Below are positions 53,205 to 64,000 of a stretch of DNA of 64,000 bases, one piece after another. How positions within the stretch are numbered: position 1 is the stretch's first letter; every line of letters begins with the position of its first letter. The translations under genes were made by a program, and so were the position numbers. The DNA lies in the NCBI RefSeq assembly GCF_006345805.1, contig NC_043013.1, positions 40,610,001-40,674,000 on the forward strand, given 5' to 3'. The stretch is from Octopus sinensis. Lineage: Eukaryota. The notes under the pieces were generated by a model that was given only the letters and a program-made list of their open reading frames with translations, was not told the DNA's origin and did not search any database.

Positions 53205-53279
53205 TATATATGAAGGATCCTTGGGCAGTGTTCCATTTGGGAAGACTAATAGGCGGCCATCAAGAAAGTTTTGTATAAT
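53205..53279 (-). CDS. MYO15A: Myosin XV exon: IIQNFLDGRLLVFPNGTLPKDPSYI
   Basis: Acceptor ttgcag, donor gtaagt; 75 nt, phase 0-0. Confidence 0.88.
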
Positions 53280-54070
53280 CTGCAATATATAGAAAATATC
53301 AATGTCTTAGTTGAATTAGAGTAATCACTAATTACATTATTGAATTATTTTGATTATACAAACCATTCTAAATTCCATAATTTTTCAAAATCAACTTATT
53401 GGTTTCAGCCATCTGTTTGTGACCAAACTGGAGCACTTCCATGTGTACATGTTTGTTGTGTCACAATACAAGAGCATGGAATACTATTGCATCAGGATTT
53501 ACCTCGTGCAACCTTCTTGTTGTATAGCCCCAGGTTGACTCAGATCAAGCAGACCTATGATCAAAGGCATTTCCAGCCATGCTGATCCCATCTTTCGGGG
53601 GGGCATCCAAGGCTGCATTATATCATTTTTCATTTTTTTTCCCTTAAGATACTAAGTTGTGATCTGAAGAAGATTTGACTGCTTTTCCTAACAAATCAGT
53701 CAATAGTGTTGAAACTCATTTTCACATCTAGGATATTTCATAGAAATACATTTCAACCCTAGCACATGACTGCTACATTAAATGTACCAGTCACAACATC
53801 CTGGTGAAAATCTTCTCTGTCAAAAGCTCACTCTTGTGATTCTGATACAGAACAAGATTCTCACAATTCTTGCTGAATTTGAATTCAGAATGTAAAGACA
53901 AACGAAATACCTCTAAGCATTTTGTCTGGCATGCTAACATTTCTGCCAGCTCACCACCTTAAATATTCTTTTCTACTCTAGGCACAAGGCCTAAAATTTT
54001 GGGGGAGAGGGCCAGTCGATTAGATCGATATATTAGATGGAAACTAAAAGAAGCCTGTTGTATATATATA

Positions 54071-55353
54071 TTGGGTTGGCAACTGAGTTCCCGCCGTTTT
54101 TTTAATTTTGGAATTTATTGCATTTTTAAATTTTGGAATCTATTTTTTTCGAGAATTCTATTTTTTAATCATTTTGGAATCTATTTTGTTTTTTTCTAGT
54201 TAATTTTAGTTTATTTTCAGATCATTAAAATGGAATGTCAAGTTAAGAAAAATGAGCATTTTTGACACCTCCTTCTTTTTTGCTTTTAACCAAGGTTCTA
54301 AGGCTGCAAAAGCTGCTCACGGCATTTGTGCTGTGTATGGAGAGGGTGCCGTTGCTGAAAGAACCATTCATGATTGGTATGCCAGGTTCAAAAATGGAAA
54401 TTTTGACCTCAAAGATGCACCTCATTCTGGCTGTCCAGTTGAGTTCAATGAAGAGCAATTGAACCAACTTTTGCATGCAAATTCTTGTTAAACGACAAGG
54501 GAACTGGCAGAGAAAATGGAATGCTCCCACACTGCTATAGAGAAGCATCTTCACTCGATGGGAAAGGTTCAGAAGTATGGAGCATGGGTTTCGTATGCTT
54601 TAAGTGACAACAACAAAAATCAACGAGCCACAATCTCTGCTGATTTGCTTGCTCGTCACCGTTCAACTCATTGGACACAAGCAACAATTTCTTTACCGAA
54701 ACATTACTGGTGACGAAAAATGGTGCCTGTACATCAACATGAAGCAGCTTAAGGAATGGCTTAGCCCTGGTAGACAAGTGACACTGTGTGTGAAACAAGA
54801 TCTTCATCCATGTAAAATGATGTTGTGCGTATGGTAGGACTGGGAAGGTATTATCCATTATGAATTGTTTGAACAGAACCAAACGGTCAACGTGGAACTC
54901 TATGTTCAACAGATGGAATGACTCAACACTGCTATTCAAGAAAAAAGACCTAATCGTCAGCATGGAGTTCTTCTGCTGCACAACAACGCCCACCCTTATA
55001 TCGCCAATATGACCAAGGAAGCCATTCAAATGCATGGCTGGGAAGTGCCGCCACACCTGCTGTACTATTCTGATTTGGCACCAATGGATTTCTACCTTTT
55101 TCAATCTCTTTCAAATGCTTTGTGCAGAGTTTCATTCAATACTGATGCAGAATTGAGAGCTTGGTTGGGGATCAATTTTTTGAGTCAAAATTGGGTGATT
55201 TCTACCAACGAGGTATTGAAAAGCTTGTTGACTGTTGGAAAGAAGTTGTAAACAACAAGGGTGAATACATTGATTAATTAGTTGTTATTTTTTATTAAGC
55301 CTTTACAAAAATTTTAATTAAAAAAAGCGGCAGGAACTTAGTTGCCAACCCAA
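54071..55353 (+). mobile_element. Full-length defective mariner (DD34D) inserted in the (TA)n of a SINE B
   Basis: TIRs ttgggttggcaact(g/a)agttcc; TA flanks; MECQVKKNEHF from 54230, then TGDEKW, HNNAHP and YSDLAPMDFYLF with stops and frameshifts. Confidence 0.93.
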
Positions 55354-55642
55354 TATATATATATGTGTGTGTGTGTGTCTGTTTGTTTTATGTACCCATA
55401 ACTTAGCAGTTCAGCAAAAGAGACTGGTATTTATTCTACCTGGTATTAAACTGGTAGAATAAAAACCAGGCTTTGAAAAAAAAAAGTATTGCCATTGATT
55501 AGTTTGACAAAAAATTCTTCAAGCTGGTGTCCCAGCATGGCTGCAGTCTAATGATTCAAACAAGCAAAAGATAAAATTAATGAAGCAAACAAATGCAAAC
55601 ATCAACAAATTCATCATGAAATCAAAGATGTGGACATCTTAC

Positions 55643-55821
55643 TTGAGCAAACATGAGATTTATGTAGACCTCATTGGTTCGTGGTTGAATTGGGAACATC
55701 CAGACATCTCTTTTGAAGATGACATCATAGGGTGTTGGCTTCTTTTGTAGATCAGCAGTAATGTCAAAGAAATATTCATGGCGTGAAATCCTATGGTAGC
55801 GAGGATTTGATCTAGCAGAAT
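55643..55821 (-). CDS. MYO15A: Myosin XV exon: SARSNPRYHRISRHEYFFDITADLQKKPTPYDVIFKRDVWMFPIQPRTNEVYINLMFAQ
   Basis: Acceptor ctgtgtttcag, donor gtaaga; 179 nt; FERM 'EY..D...F.R.VW..P....Y...F.Q' pattern. Confidence 0.9.
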
Positions 55822-56495
55822 CTGAAACACAGGTTTATGAAATATTGAATGTAACTTTGAAAGAAAGAGAATAGAGAAATATGTGACATCATCATTATTT
55901 TTTTCATGTCCAGTTTTTCCATGCTTGATTGGGTCGGATGAAATTCATTGAGGCAGATTTTCTACAACTGAATGCTTTTCCTGTTGTCCAGCCTCACCTG
56001 TTTCCAAGCAAAGTAACATTTCCCCTCAATTGTTTGGATGTGAACAGCACAAGAAGGGGACATGTTTTCATGGTAGATTGCTAATGAATGACACCATTTG
56101 TATGGTGGGCATATTTGTTTACAGTTAGTGTGTGATGTCAAGGCAAAGGAGCATATGTCCATGCACACACACACATATCAAATCTACTCCCAAGGCTTTG
56201 GTTGACCCATGGTTATAATGTAACAGATGACATTTGCCAGTGGTGCTGCACACTGGGACTAAGGGGTTGAACCCAAAACCACATGGTTGTGAAGTGTAAT
56301 TCTTAACCATATATATATATATATATATATATATACAGGTGTGTGTGATTGTGTATAGAAGAATATATTAATAAAAGGAATTCCAACCTTGTCTGATTTT
56401 CACATTTTATTTACAATCTTATAATGATATAATATAATATAATATAATATAATATAATATAATAAAATAATAGAATGTTAAATGTTCATTCTGAT

Positions 56496-56540
56496 TGAAT
56501 TAGTACTTTCATGCATTAAATTCTGCAATCTTCAGGTTCA
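56496..56540 (-). ncRNA. Type I hammerhead ribozyme
   Basis: Minus strand: TGAAC-CTGAAGA-TTGCA-GAATTTAA-TGCAT-GAAA-GTAC-TA-ATTCA; palindromic helix III AGTACT; next to a 148-bp hairpin at 56580-56727. Confidence 0.7.
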
Positions 56541-56896
56541 TGTAGTAGTGGTGACAGTCATGCTTCACAATTTTTGACAGTCAGAATATTTTTTGAAATA
56601 TGAAATGAAAATTGGATGAAAAATGCTTATCCTTATATTCTTGAGTTTCCAAAAGTTTTGGAAACCAGAACATAAGGATAAACAGTTTCTTCAAACCTTC
56701 ATTTCATATTTAAAAAAATATTCTGACAGTGGATATTTCTGAAGGAAATCAGGCTTAGCTTACCAGCTGATGCTCAGAAATGAGTAACTGGAAATTGGAG
56801 CCCTTCAGTTTATTGGCAACAAAGGGCCTCTCCATCAGAGTGAAAGGCTGACTGTATGATACCTGTGTGTGAACAGCTATACTACACAGCAGTGAA

Positions 56897-56947
<51 letters not shown>

Positions 56948-57629
56948 AAGTTTTTCTCATTTGTGCATGCTAACATTATGTGTGCCCCAATGAATTTTTC
57001 CACATTCAGTATCCTTCTCTCATTTCATACATATGTATCACACATAGAAATGCTTTGTTTCTAACAAAGGTAAAAGATCCTTGAATTTATCCCATCCCAA
57101 CCTTACTCACCTGACAGTGTCTTCATGACAACTATCTCCTCTATTAATTAGGTCACTGAGAAGCTTTCAGTTACTTTTAGTGAGCTTTCTGAGTAGTAGA
57201 AAGAATAAATTTCTTGAACAATAAGACATACTGGTCTCGCTGTACTAAACTCAAAATCTGTACTAATTACATTAGTGTAATAATTAAGTTGGTGTTAACA
57301 TATTTAATGTAATCAGTATTAAAAGTCTAATTAGAAATATTTATGTGGTGGGGAAAAGATAGCAAAAGCTAAATATCATTTTAATTATTAGTAAGTATAG
57401 GAGACAACTTCAAATTGTTTCTGTGTTTAAAACTTCTTCAGTAAAGCAAAACCTCAGTTTGAGATAATCACTAATTTAGATTACATTAGGCAGGAAAAAT
57501 GACCATATTTAAAATATACTCCACTGAAGTTAATTACACTGTCTGTCTATTTTATGGTACTGAATCTTGGACCCTGTACTAAAAACACATCAACCAGCTT
57601 GACAGTTTTCATATGCAATGCTTGTGTAC

Positions 57630-58010
57630 TATCTCCAACATAAAATCGAGTGACCATATTCATAACAGTGTTGAAGCCATCCTCATCAAAATACAGCTCA
57701 GACAGTCAGGTCATCTCTCATGTTTGAGTGATAACAGAAGACAAATTAAAAGACAATCTGAAGTGATGCAACATTTCCTTTTCATCTTTGGAAAACGAAG
57801 CATCCAAACACAGGACTTGGCACCAGTCCTGCTTCTCCTCGGTTCAAAGATTTGAGCAAAGTCAACTTCAATATCAGGACCAACTTTGTGTACAAGCATG
57901 AAAGCATGCCAGTAAAACACTGCTCTTCTAAATGAAAACCTTACCTGTCATTGTGGTTTAGTGGGACAGAGCAAAGCAGACCTTGCTGTCCACTCAAGAA
58001 AACAACATAT
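57630..58010 (+). mobile_element. RTE/BovB-like LINE 3' ORF fragment
   Basis: SVEAILIKIQLRQSGHL.CL.D.R and a C-terminal C..CG...KA.LAVHSR finger. Confidence 0.6.
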
Positions 58011-58179
58011 TAAATTATTCACAATCACTCGAGCAAACTGAGTCTTCAACTTGTTCCATTTGCCAAAAGGTTTACAAGACACCAGCAGGCCTCAAGAGAC
58101 ACATGCGTGCCTATATAACATGATTACTTATTTTATTGAACCCACATTTGTCATTCATGACGAGAGAATCCTTCATGTG

Positions 58180-58263
<84 letters not shown>

Positions 58264-58291
58264 ATATATATTACTCTTAACTTTTTAAAAT

Positions 58292-58337
58292 ATTTTTGAT
58301 AAGGTTCGTTTTTTCAAGAAGAACCGAAACGTAAAAT
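58292..58337 (+). ncRNA. Minimal hammerhead with a U3-A8 core variant
   Basis: ATTT-TTGATAA-GGTTC-(13-nt loop)-GAACC-GAAA-CG-TA-AAAT, between two (TA)n tracts. Confidence 0.65.
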
Positions 58338-58656
58338 TTCTAAGAAAATTAAAATTTATCTTATATAGTGGCATTTTCAAACTTCTGTTATATATATATA
58401 TATATATATATTATTTGTTTCCCAAGGAGTAGTCTAACCCTTTATCTTGTTGACTCCACTGTGGTGGGGGTGAGGGGATAAGTCTAATTCTTTATATCAT
58501 CAGCTTCACAGGGATTAGTTTTGCTATTTGTCCCACTGGTTATTTTAGAGGGTGGCTTTACCAGTATCCTATTGGCTGCACTCAGAATAGTCTAAGTCTG
58601 TAGGATCACTCTGTTTACAAAAATTCAACATAAATTTATATAGAAATGTTACTTAC

Positions 58657-58747
58657 TGATTACAAGGAAAAGTGAGTATTCTTCAAGCTCAATTGAATCT
58701 AAGACTCCCAGGCGTTGACCAATTTCTTCAATAATGTCTTTGACAAG
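58657..58747 (-). CDS. MYO15A: Myosin XV exon: LVKDIIEEIGQRLGVLDSIELEEYSLFLVI
   Basis: Acceptor tttttttag, donor gtaagt; 91 nt; FERM F1. Confidence 0.9.
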
Positions 58748-58820
58748 CTAAAAAAAAATATCAATTTGTCATGTATTCAACATAACAGGTGTCAAGTATT
58801 TTGTGTGTATGCATGAAATT

Positions 58821-58989
58821 AAATAGATGACAAAAGAACAAGAAATTCATTTGCTTCCAGCTGTTTCTCTGAGGAAGCTATAAGGTGATGCACAAGCACT
58901 CAGCTCTTAGGGCACTGCATCTTATAGCGGAAACAGCTGTAAGCTAATGAAGCTCGGTGCATAATTTCTTGTTCTTTTGTCAGTTATTT
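58821..58989. repeat. Foldback with a hammerhead-like motif (+, ~58867-58943)
   Basis: Inverted arms gacaaaagaacaagaaatt / aatttcttgttcttttgtc; CTGAGGA-AGCTATAAG...CTTATAGCG-GAAA-CAGCTG-TA. Confidence 0.7.
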
Positions 58990-59235
58990 GTTTTAATATT
59001 ATTACTCTGTACTCAGCTAATGCTTTATTATTTATTCTGAAGCATATGTATATTGAGTTCTGACAGCAGATTATTACTTAGTATCATTATGCTTAAATGG
59101 TATATATATATACACACACACACACAAATTATATACATATATATATATATATATATATGACTATGGTACTTAAGTTAAAGGCACCAGAATTTAGTTTGGC
59201 ATTATCCATATAATTCAAAACGGGGTGATTATAAC

Positions 59236-59487
59236 CAAAATAAGCAAGAAGGATATCCAGAGGTAATGCAGTACAATTGTTTCATGCGACTCCATTTAAT
59301 TGAACAATGCGATCATTTCATTACATCAATTTAAAATGTAATCGTCAGCTGCATAAAAATATATTTTTATGCAGCTGAAGATTGCTCTACATTTTAAATT
59401 GATGTAATGCTTGCATTATTCAATTAAATGGAGTTGCATGAAACGATCATATTGCATTACTTCTGGATATCCTTGTTGCTTATTTTG
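59236..59487. mobile_element. Spacerless 250-bp palindrome made of two head-to-head hammerheads
   Basis: Perfect 34-bp core palindrome at 59345-59378. Minus HHR 59266-59354: ATGCAG-CTGACGA...GAAA-CAATTG-TA-CTGCAT. Plus HHR from 59369 with a mutated helix III. Confidence 0.85.
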
Positions 59488-59520
<33 letters not shown>

Positions 59521-59523
59521 AAT

Positions 59524-59573
<50 letters not shown>

Positions 59574-60726
59574 GATAAATTATATATACATTGTGTGTAA
59601 CTTATCTTTCTATAAATGCAGTATAGCTGTGAAAACAGAAAGATTGTATATTTTACCCTTACATGTCAGAAAAAGTTGTCATCTCTCAGATATCGGCTGA
59701 GCACTCTACTAATTAAGCTAAACTACCAGCTGACAACAATTTCCATTAACTAAATGCTAAATAAATAGCTTCTTTTGAAATACAACAGCATATATAAACA
59801 TACGTTTTTGTTTTTGGAAGCATTGAATGTGTATCGTATCATACAGACAAGAAAATAATATTTTGAATGCAGTATAGCTATGAAAACAGCAGAAAGATTA
59901 TTTTACCCTTCTATGATGGAAAAAGTTTTTGGCAGACAAAAAGATAAATTATATATACATATAGAAAAATTTATATATATATGTATATATATAAAGTGAC
60001 ATTCAGATAGAACAGACATTTAAGAAAGAATCTTTGAATATTGAATAAAATAATTCACTGCTTCTTGATGTCCATTTCATTGTTTAGTCAAAAAGAAAAG
60101 TAGTGCCTATAACCCTTTTTAAGGGGTGTCAGACCAGTGGCAGGAAGATTTCCTCAGACTGGAAATTTAGTCTAAAAGCTTGCAACAGAGAAGGTTCTGC
60201 TAAAGGCACTCAAGAACCATGTGGTGATGGATCAGATTCTCTGACACCCAAGTAGGCCAGATTGAGATTTGAACTCTGAACATAAAGAACTGGTATAAAT
60301 ACAGCATGACACTCAATTGATTCAGATGCTTTGATAATTCTGTCAGTCAACTGCCTGAGATTGGTACTTTATTAATTGACTTTGGAAGGATGAAAAGCAA
60401 AGTTGGTCCCAACAGATTTGAAGTCAGAATATAGAGAACCAGGCATATTGTTCAACAGTTCTAGAGATTTGTAGTTAAATGGAAATTCTCTTAGGGGAAA
60501 GCTCTGGCATTCATTTCTAATATAACCAGAAAGTCCCAAATTTTGAATGACTGGTAATGTTGACTAATTGGGAACCAATTTTCAACTGCCACTTATTTCT
60601 TTATCACCAGAAAGATGAAAGACAGAGTTGTGACTTAAACTTGGGATGTGACAAAACCCTAGAAATTTTGTTCGATAATCTACAGATTATATAAAATCCT
60701 CCACCCCTCATTAAAATATTACTTAC

Positions 60727-60810
60727 AGTTGATGATCTAACTTCAACTGTGTGTTTAGGTTTGTCCATTCCAGAGAAAGAGAAAAACTGAGATTTTGTCA
60801 TTCTTCCTTC
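60727..60810 (-). CDS. MYO15A: Myosin XV exon: EGRMTKSQFFSFSGMDKPKHTVEVRSST
   Basis: Acceptor ctatttttag, donor gtaagt; 84 nt, phase 0-0; FERM F1 start. Confidence 0.88.
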
Positions 60811-61867
60811 CTAAAAATAGAGAAAAAGAATATTATACAACGTAATATAATATTGTATATATGTATATGTAGATATGTATGTTGGTGTATGTACGTGTGT
60901 GGCATGTAAAAAGCACCAACCGAACATGTCCGATGCCAGTACTCCGAGACTGGCTCCTGTGCCAGTGGCATGTAAAAAGCACCATCCAAACGGGGTTGAG
61001 TTAGTGTGTGTAAAGAGGTGATTCCTATTTGCAATGCAACATCTGTCTGACTTAAATATTGTTTTTGAGTATGTAATATTTTGTATGAAAGTAAATTATG
61101 ATTGAATTTTATCACAATACTGCAACAGCCAAATTCTTCATCTCATCTTCTTTGCTCACTTATTTCTGGGATAGTCATGGGTTCAGAGTCCTCAAGCACA
61201 CCTTCCATTGGGTCCTGTCAGAAGGGAGGTAGGTGTAAAAGCCAAACTCACTAGCTTTAATTAGGTGCTCGTGTCTACCCTTTCCAAGAGTCATGAAACT
61301 TGGGTAACAATTGAAGGAGTATGATCTCAAATACCAGCAGGGTTTCCTCCGAAGAGTCTTTGGAGTACTGTTACTTAATAGACATCTACTTAGAGATCAG
61401 AGAGGCACGCCAAGTAGAGTCACCTTTTCCGAATTGAGAGATCATAGCTCTGACACTATGGCCATGGGGGTAAGAATGTTCTAGGAAAGAATCAATGGAC
61501 AGGTTTTATGGGCAAAACCAACCAGTAGGAGACTCAGAGGTAGACTGCAAACAAGAAATAAAATCCTGTAGCAAAAATTTATCATCTTTGGTGAGTGGGT
61601 ATGTGGTTCTCATGAAGCGTGCTCCTGGTGAATGTCAACTTAAAAATTTAAACACTTGGTCATCATTAATTAATAAGCTAATGAGTGGTTTTCTCACTAC
61701 AAGTGTAATTTTAATTAAAATTTTGAGGCTCACAGTATTAAGTATGTTACCTACATCCACATACCTGCATTTTTCTTACTGAAGGTCTCCTTCAGTAATT
61801 GCCACCCCCAGTCATTCCTTTAACAAAAAAAATATTTACATCAATTAGAGAAATAGAGATAACTTAC

Positions 61868-61962
61868 AGTAATATTTATAATTTCCTCTTCTAAAGGAAC
61901 GTTCTTCCGACCTCCATATCGTAGAGTCTTTCTTAGGTTCTTCAAGCATATATCAGCAACAG
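61868..61962 (-). CDS. MYO15A: Myosin XV exon (MyTH4 end): VADICLKNLRKTLRYGGRKNVPLEEEIINIT
   Basis: Acceptor ccctctccgttcacag, donor gtaagt; 95 nt; MyTH4 'C..NL.KT...GGR...P...E' motif. Confidence 0.92.
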
Positions 61963-63021
61963 CTGTGAACGGAGAGGGTAAAGATATTTATTCAGATTGA
62001 GGTGGGGAATATATCAGGAGTAGATAAGCAGGAAAGGCAGCAACACAGATAAGTAGATACAAGCAGAGACAGAGGGGATTATTATATTTTTTCCCTAAGA
62101 ATTTCTAGTCGTTAACCACATGGCTATACTTGGTGTCTATAAGTTCATTTCAAAACCACACAGTTCCAGGTTCAATTCCACTGAACTATATGTTAGGCTA
62201 ATATCCTCTACTGTAGCTTCAGAAGGACTAATAACTTGTGAATGACATTTGATAGCTGGAAATTGCAAAGGCCCATTGTGCGCGCACACACACACACACA
62301 TGTATATGTACATGCATATATATATATACATATACATATTTATATAGGTGCAGGAGTGGCTGTGTGGTAAGAAGCTTGCTTCCCAATCACATAATTCCAG
62401 GTTCAGTCCCACTGTGTGACACCTTGGGCAAGTGTCTGCTACTGTAGCCTCGAGCTGACCAAAGCCGTGTGAAAAGATTTGGTAGACAGAAACTGAAAGA
62501 AGCCCATCATATATATGTTATATATATATATATATATATCTGTGTGTGCATGTGCTTGTCCCCAAATGGGGAGGCAGGGCATTAGGTGTACTGTTGGCAA
62601 ATTTAAGGAGCATGGAGTTTTTGAAGGACACACGCTTATGGCATTAGGAAGGCATCCAGCCGTAGAAATTATGCCAAAGCTGACACTGGAGCTCAACATG
62701 GGCCTGATGCTCAAACCATCTAATCCATGCCAACATATAAAACATGTTAAATAAAGATTAATATACATAAATATATACACACACACACATAGATATATAC
62801 ACATATATGTTGGGGATGGAGGTGGTTACTATCTCATTTCTGGATGCCTTTAGTGGAAATTTCAGACAAAAGATAACTTCATCTTTTCTTCCCACCAGTC
62901 AACTGAGACTCTGGAAAAAGACTATGGGTGCTGTATTTCCACCTTAGGTTAAAAATGATCTTTCAATAAGTTATCAAAAGCATTTAGTGTGTCTAGGGAG
63001 AGGCAATATGCAAACATTAAC

Positions 63022-63173
63022 ACATGCACTGGTTCAATTCCACTCCTTTATAATTAATAAACTGGTTAAATATCCAACTAACTATTTGGTTTATTTTTTA
63101 ATCAAGTTAAACAAAGAATTGATTAGTTACTTGGATATTTAACCAATTGGCTAATCATAAAACCAGTGCATGT
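63022..63173. repeat. Nested inverted repeat / small foldback element
   Basis: acatgcactggtt / aaccagtgcatgt and tggttaaatatccaa / ttggatatttaacca. Confidence 0.7.
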
Positions 63174-63496
63174 CCTCATCATTGTTTAATGTCCACCTTC
63201 CATGCGGGCATGGGTTGGATGGTTTGACAGGAGCTAGCCTGGCAGAAGACAGCACCAGACTTTTGTGTCTGTTCTGGTATGGTTTTTATAGCTGGATGCC
63301 CTTCCAAACTCCAATCACTTTACAGTATGGACTGGATGATTTTTACGTGGCACCAGTGTGAGTTAATATTTGCTTTATGACTTTCCTTAGATACACTGAA
63401 ATTTGTTTCAACACACCAATTCACAAAAAGAATTTTGCAAACCAGGTACTCAAAATGAAGTTACCAATAATATTTGATATCACTTTCTATACTCAC

Positions 63497-63633
63497 TGCA
63501 AATGTTATTTGGATCTGATGTGTCTGTGGCAGCAATTGTCAAATACTTCAGAAGGTAGGGTTTCAGTGTACCAGAGCAGTCATTGTAGGCTGCAAATAAT
63601 GCGAAAAATCTCCAGGCACGGATCAAGCTTTTC
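63497..63633 (-). CDS. MYO15A: Myosin XV exon (MyTH4): KSLIRAWRFFALFAAYNDCSGTLKPYLLKYLTIAATDTSDPNNIC
   Basis: Acceptor ttctatttttcag, donor gtgagt; 137 nt; MyTH4 'RAW...LKPYLLKYL' motif. Confidence 0.9.
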
Positions 63634-64000
63634 CTGAAAAATAGAAATGAAAGTGATTTGCTTTTCTCTCTTTTTCTCTCCTGAAATTAAACTTTTTGAA
63701 ATTATACAATTTAGTTTAATGCGAATATAACGAGACAGACAGAAAACTGTATTCTTCCCTTTACAGTGTTGCTTTCCCTTTTTATAAGATGGTAGGCTGT
63801 GAACCAAGAGATAATTGGTTGCTATTTCTATTTAGTTGACCAAGGTGTCTTGGGGAAATTTTGAACCTGGGTTCTCATTCCTAAGGTACTTTTCGATGTT
63901 GTTATTATTATTATTATTAAGGTCACTGCTCGAAATCGAACTCAGAATCTTAGGGTCAGTAGCCCGCATTCTTAACCACTATGCCATATGCTCATAATAA

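Larger units (their letters stand above)
44780..63633 (-). other. MYO15A: Unconventional myosin XV gene, 3' portion (12 coding exons; gene continues beyond the window end)
   Basis: Twelve exons with canonical AG/GT sites join in phase into a 1225-nt stop-free frame. The translation matches, as I recall it, the second MyTH4-FERM tandem of myosin XV (KTLRYGGR, PQQWLN, LFGSSFF, LAVNKNG motifs). Confidence 0.9.

Noticed and set aside
57105-57170. Strong minus-strand donor CAG|GTGAGT as an extra myosin exon
   Set aside because: Flanking exons already join in phase, there is no convincing acceptor or homology, and it resembles a repeat motif.

Overview
AT-rich, repeat-dense eukaryotic DNA. The SINE, microsatellite and RTE/Penelope repertoire looks like an octopus (coleoid cephalopod) genome; this is inference. 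One protein-coding gene could be reconstructed by hand: the 3' part of an unconventional myosin XV on the minus strand. It has 12 GT-AG exons from 63633 to 44780 with consistent phases, about 407 aa covering the end of MyTH4 and the C-terminal FERM domain. The rest is decayed TEs (mariner/maT, Tx1, RTE, R4/Dong, Penelope, Helitron, hAT MITEs, two tRNA-SINE families), microsatellites and a 6x155-bp tandem array. The most striking signal is about 15 minimal type I hammerhead ribozyme motifs (intact to degenerate) from roughly nine unrelated sequence families. Most have a self-complementary helix III, sit in or next to (TA)n tracts, and often form head-to-head palindromes. One is physically linked to a Penelope GIY-YIG fragment, and several are sense to the myosin XV pre-mRNA. 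All calls were made by eye, and TE boundaries are approximate.
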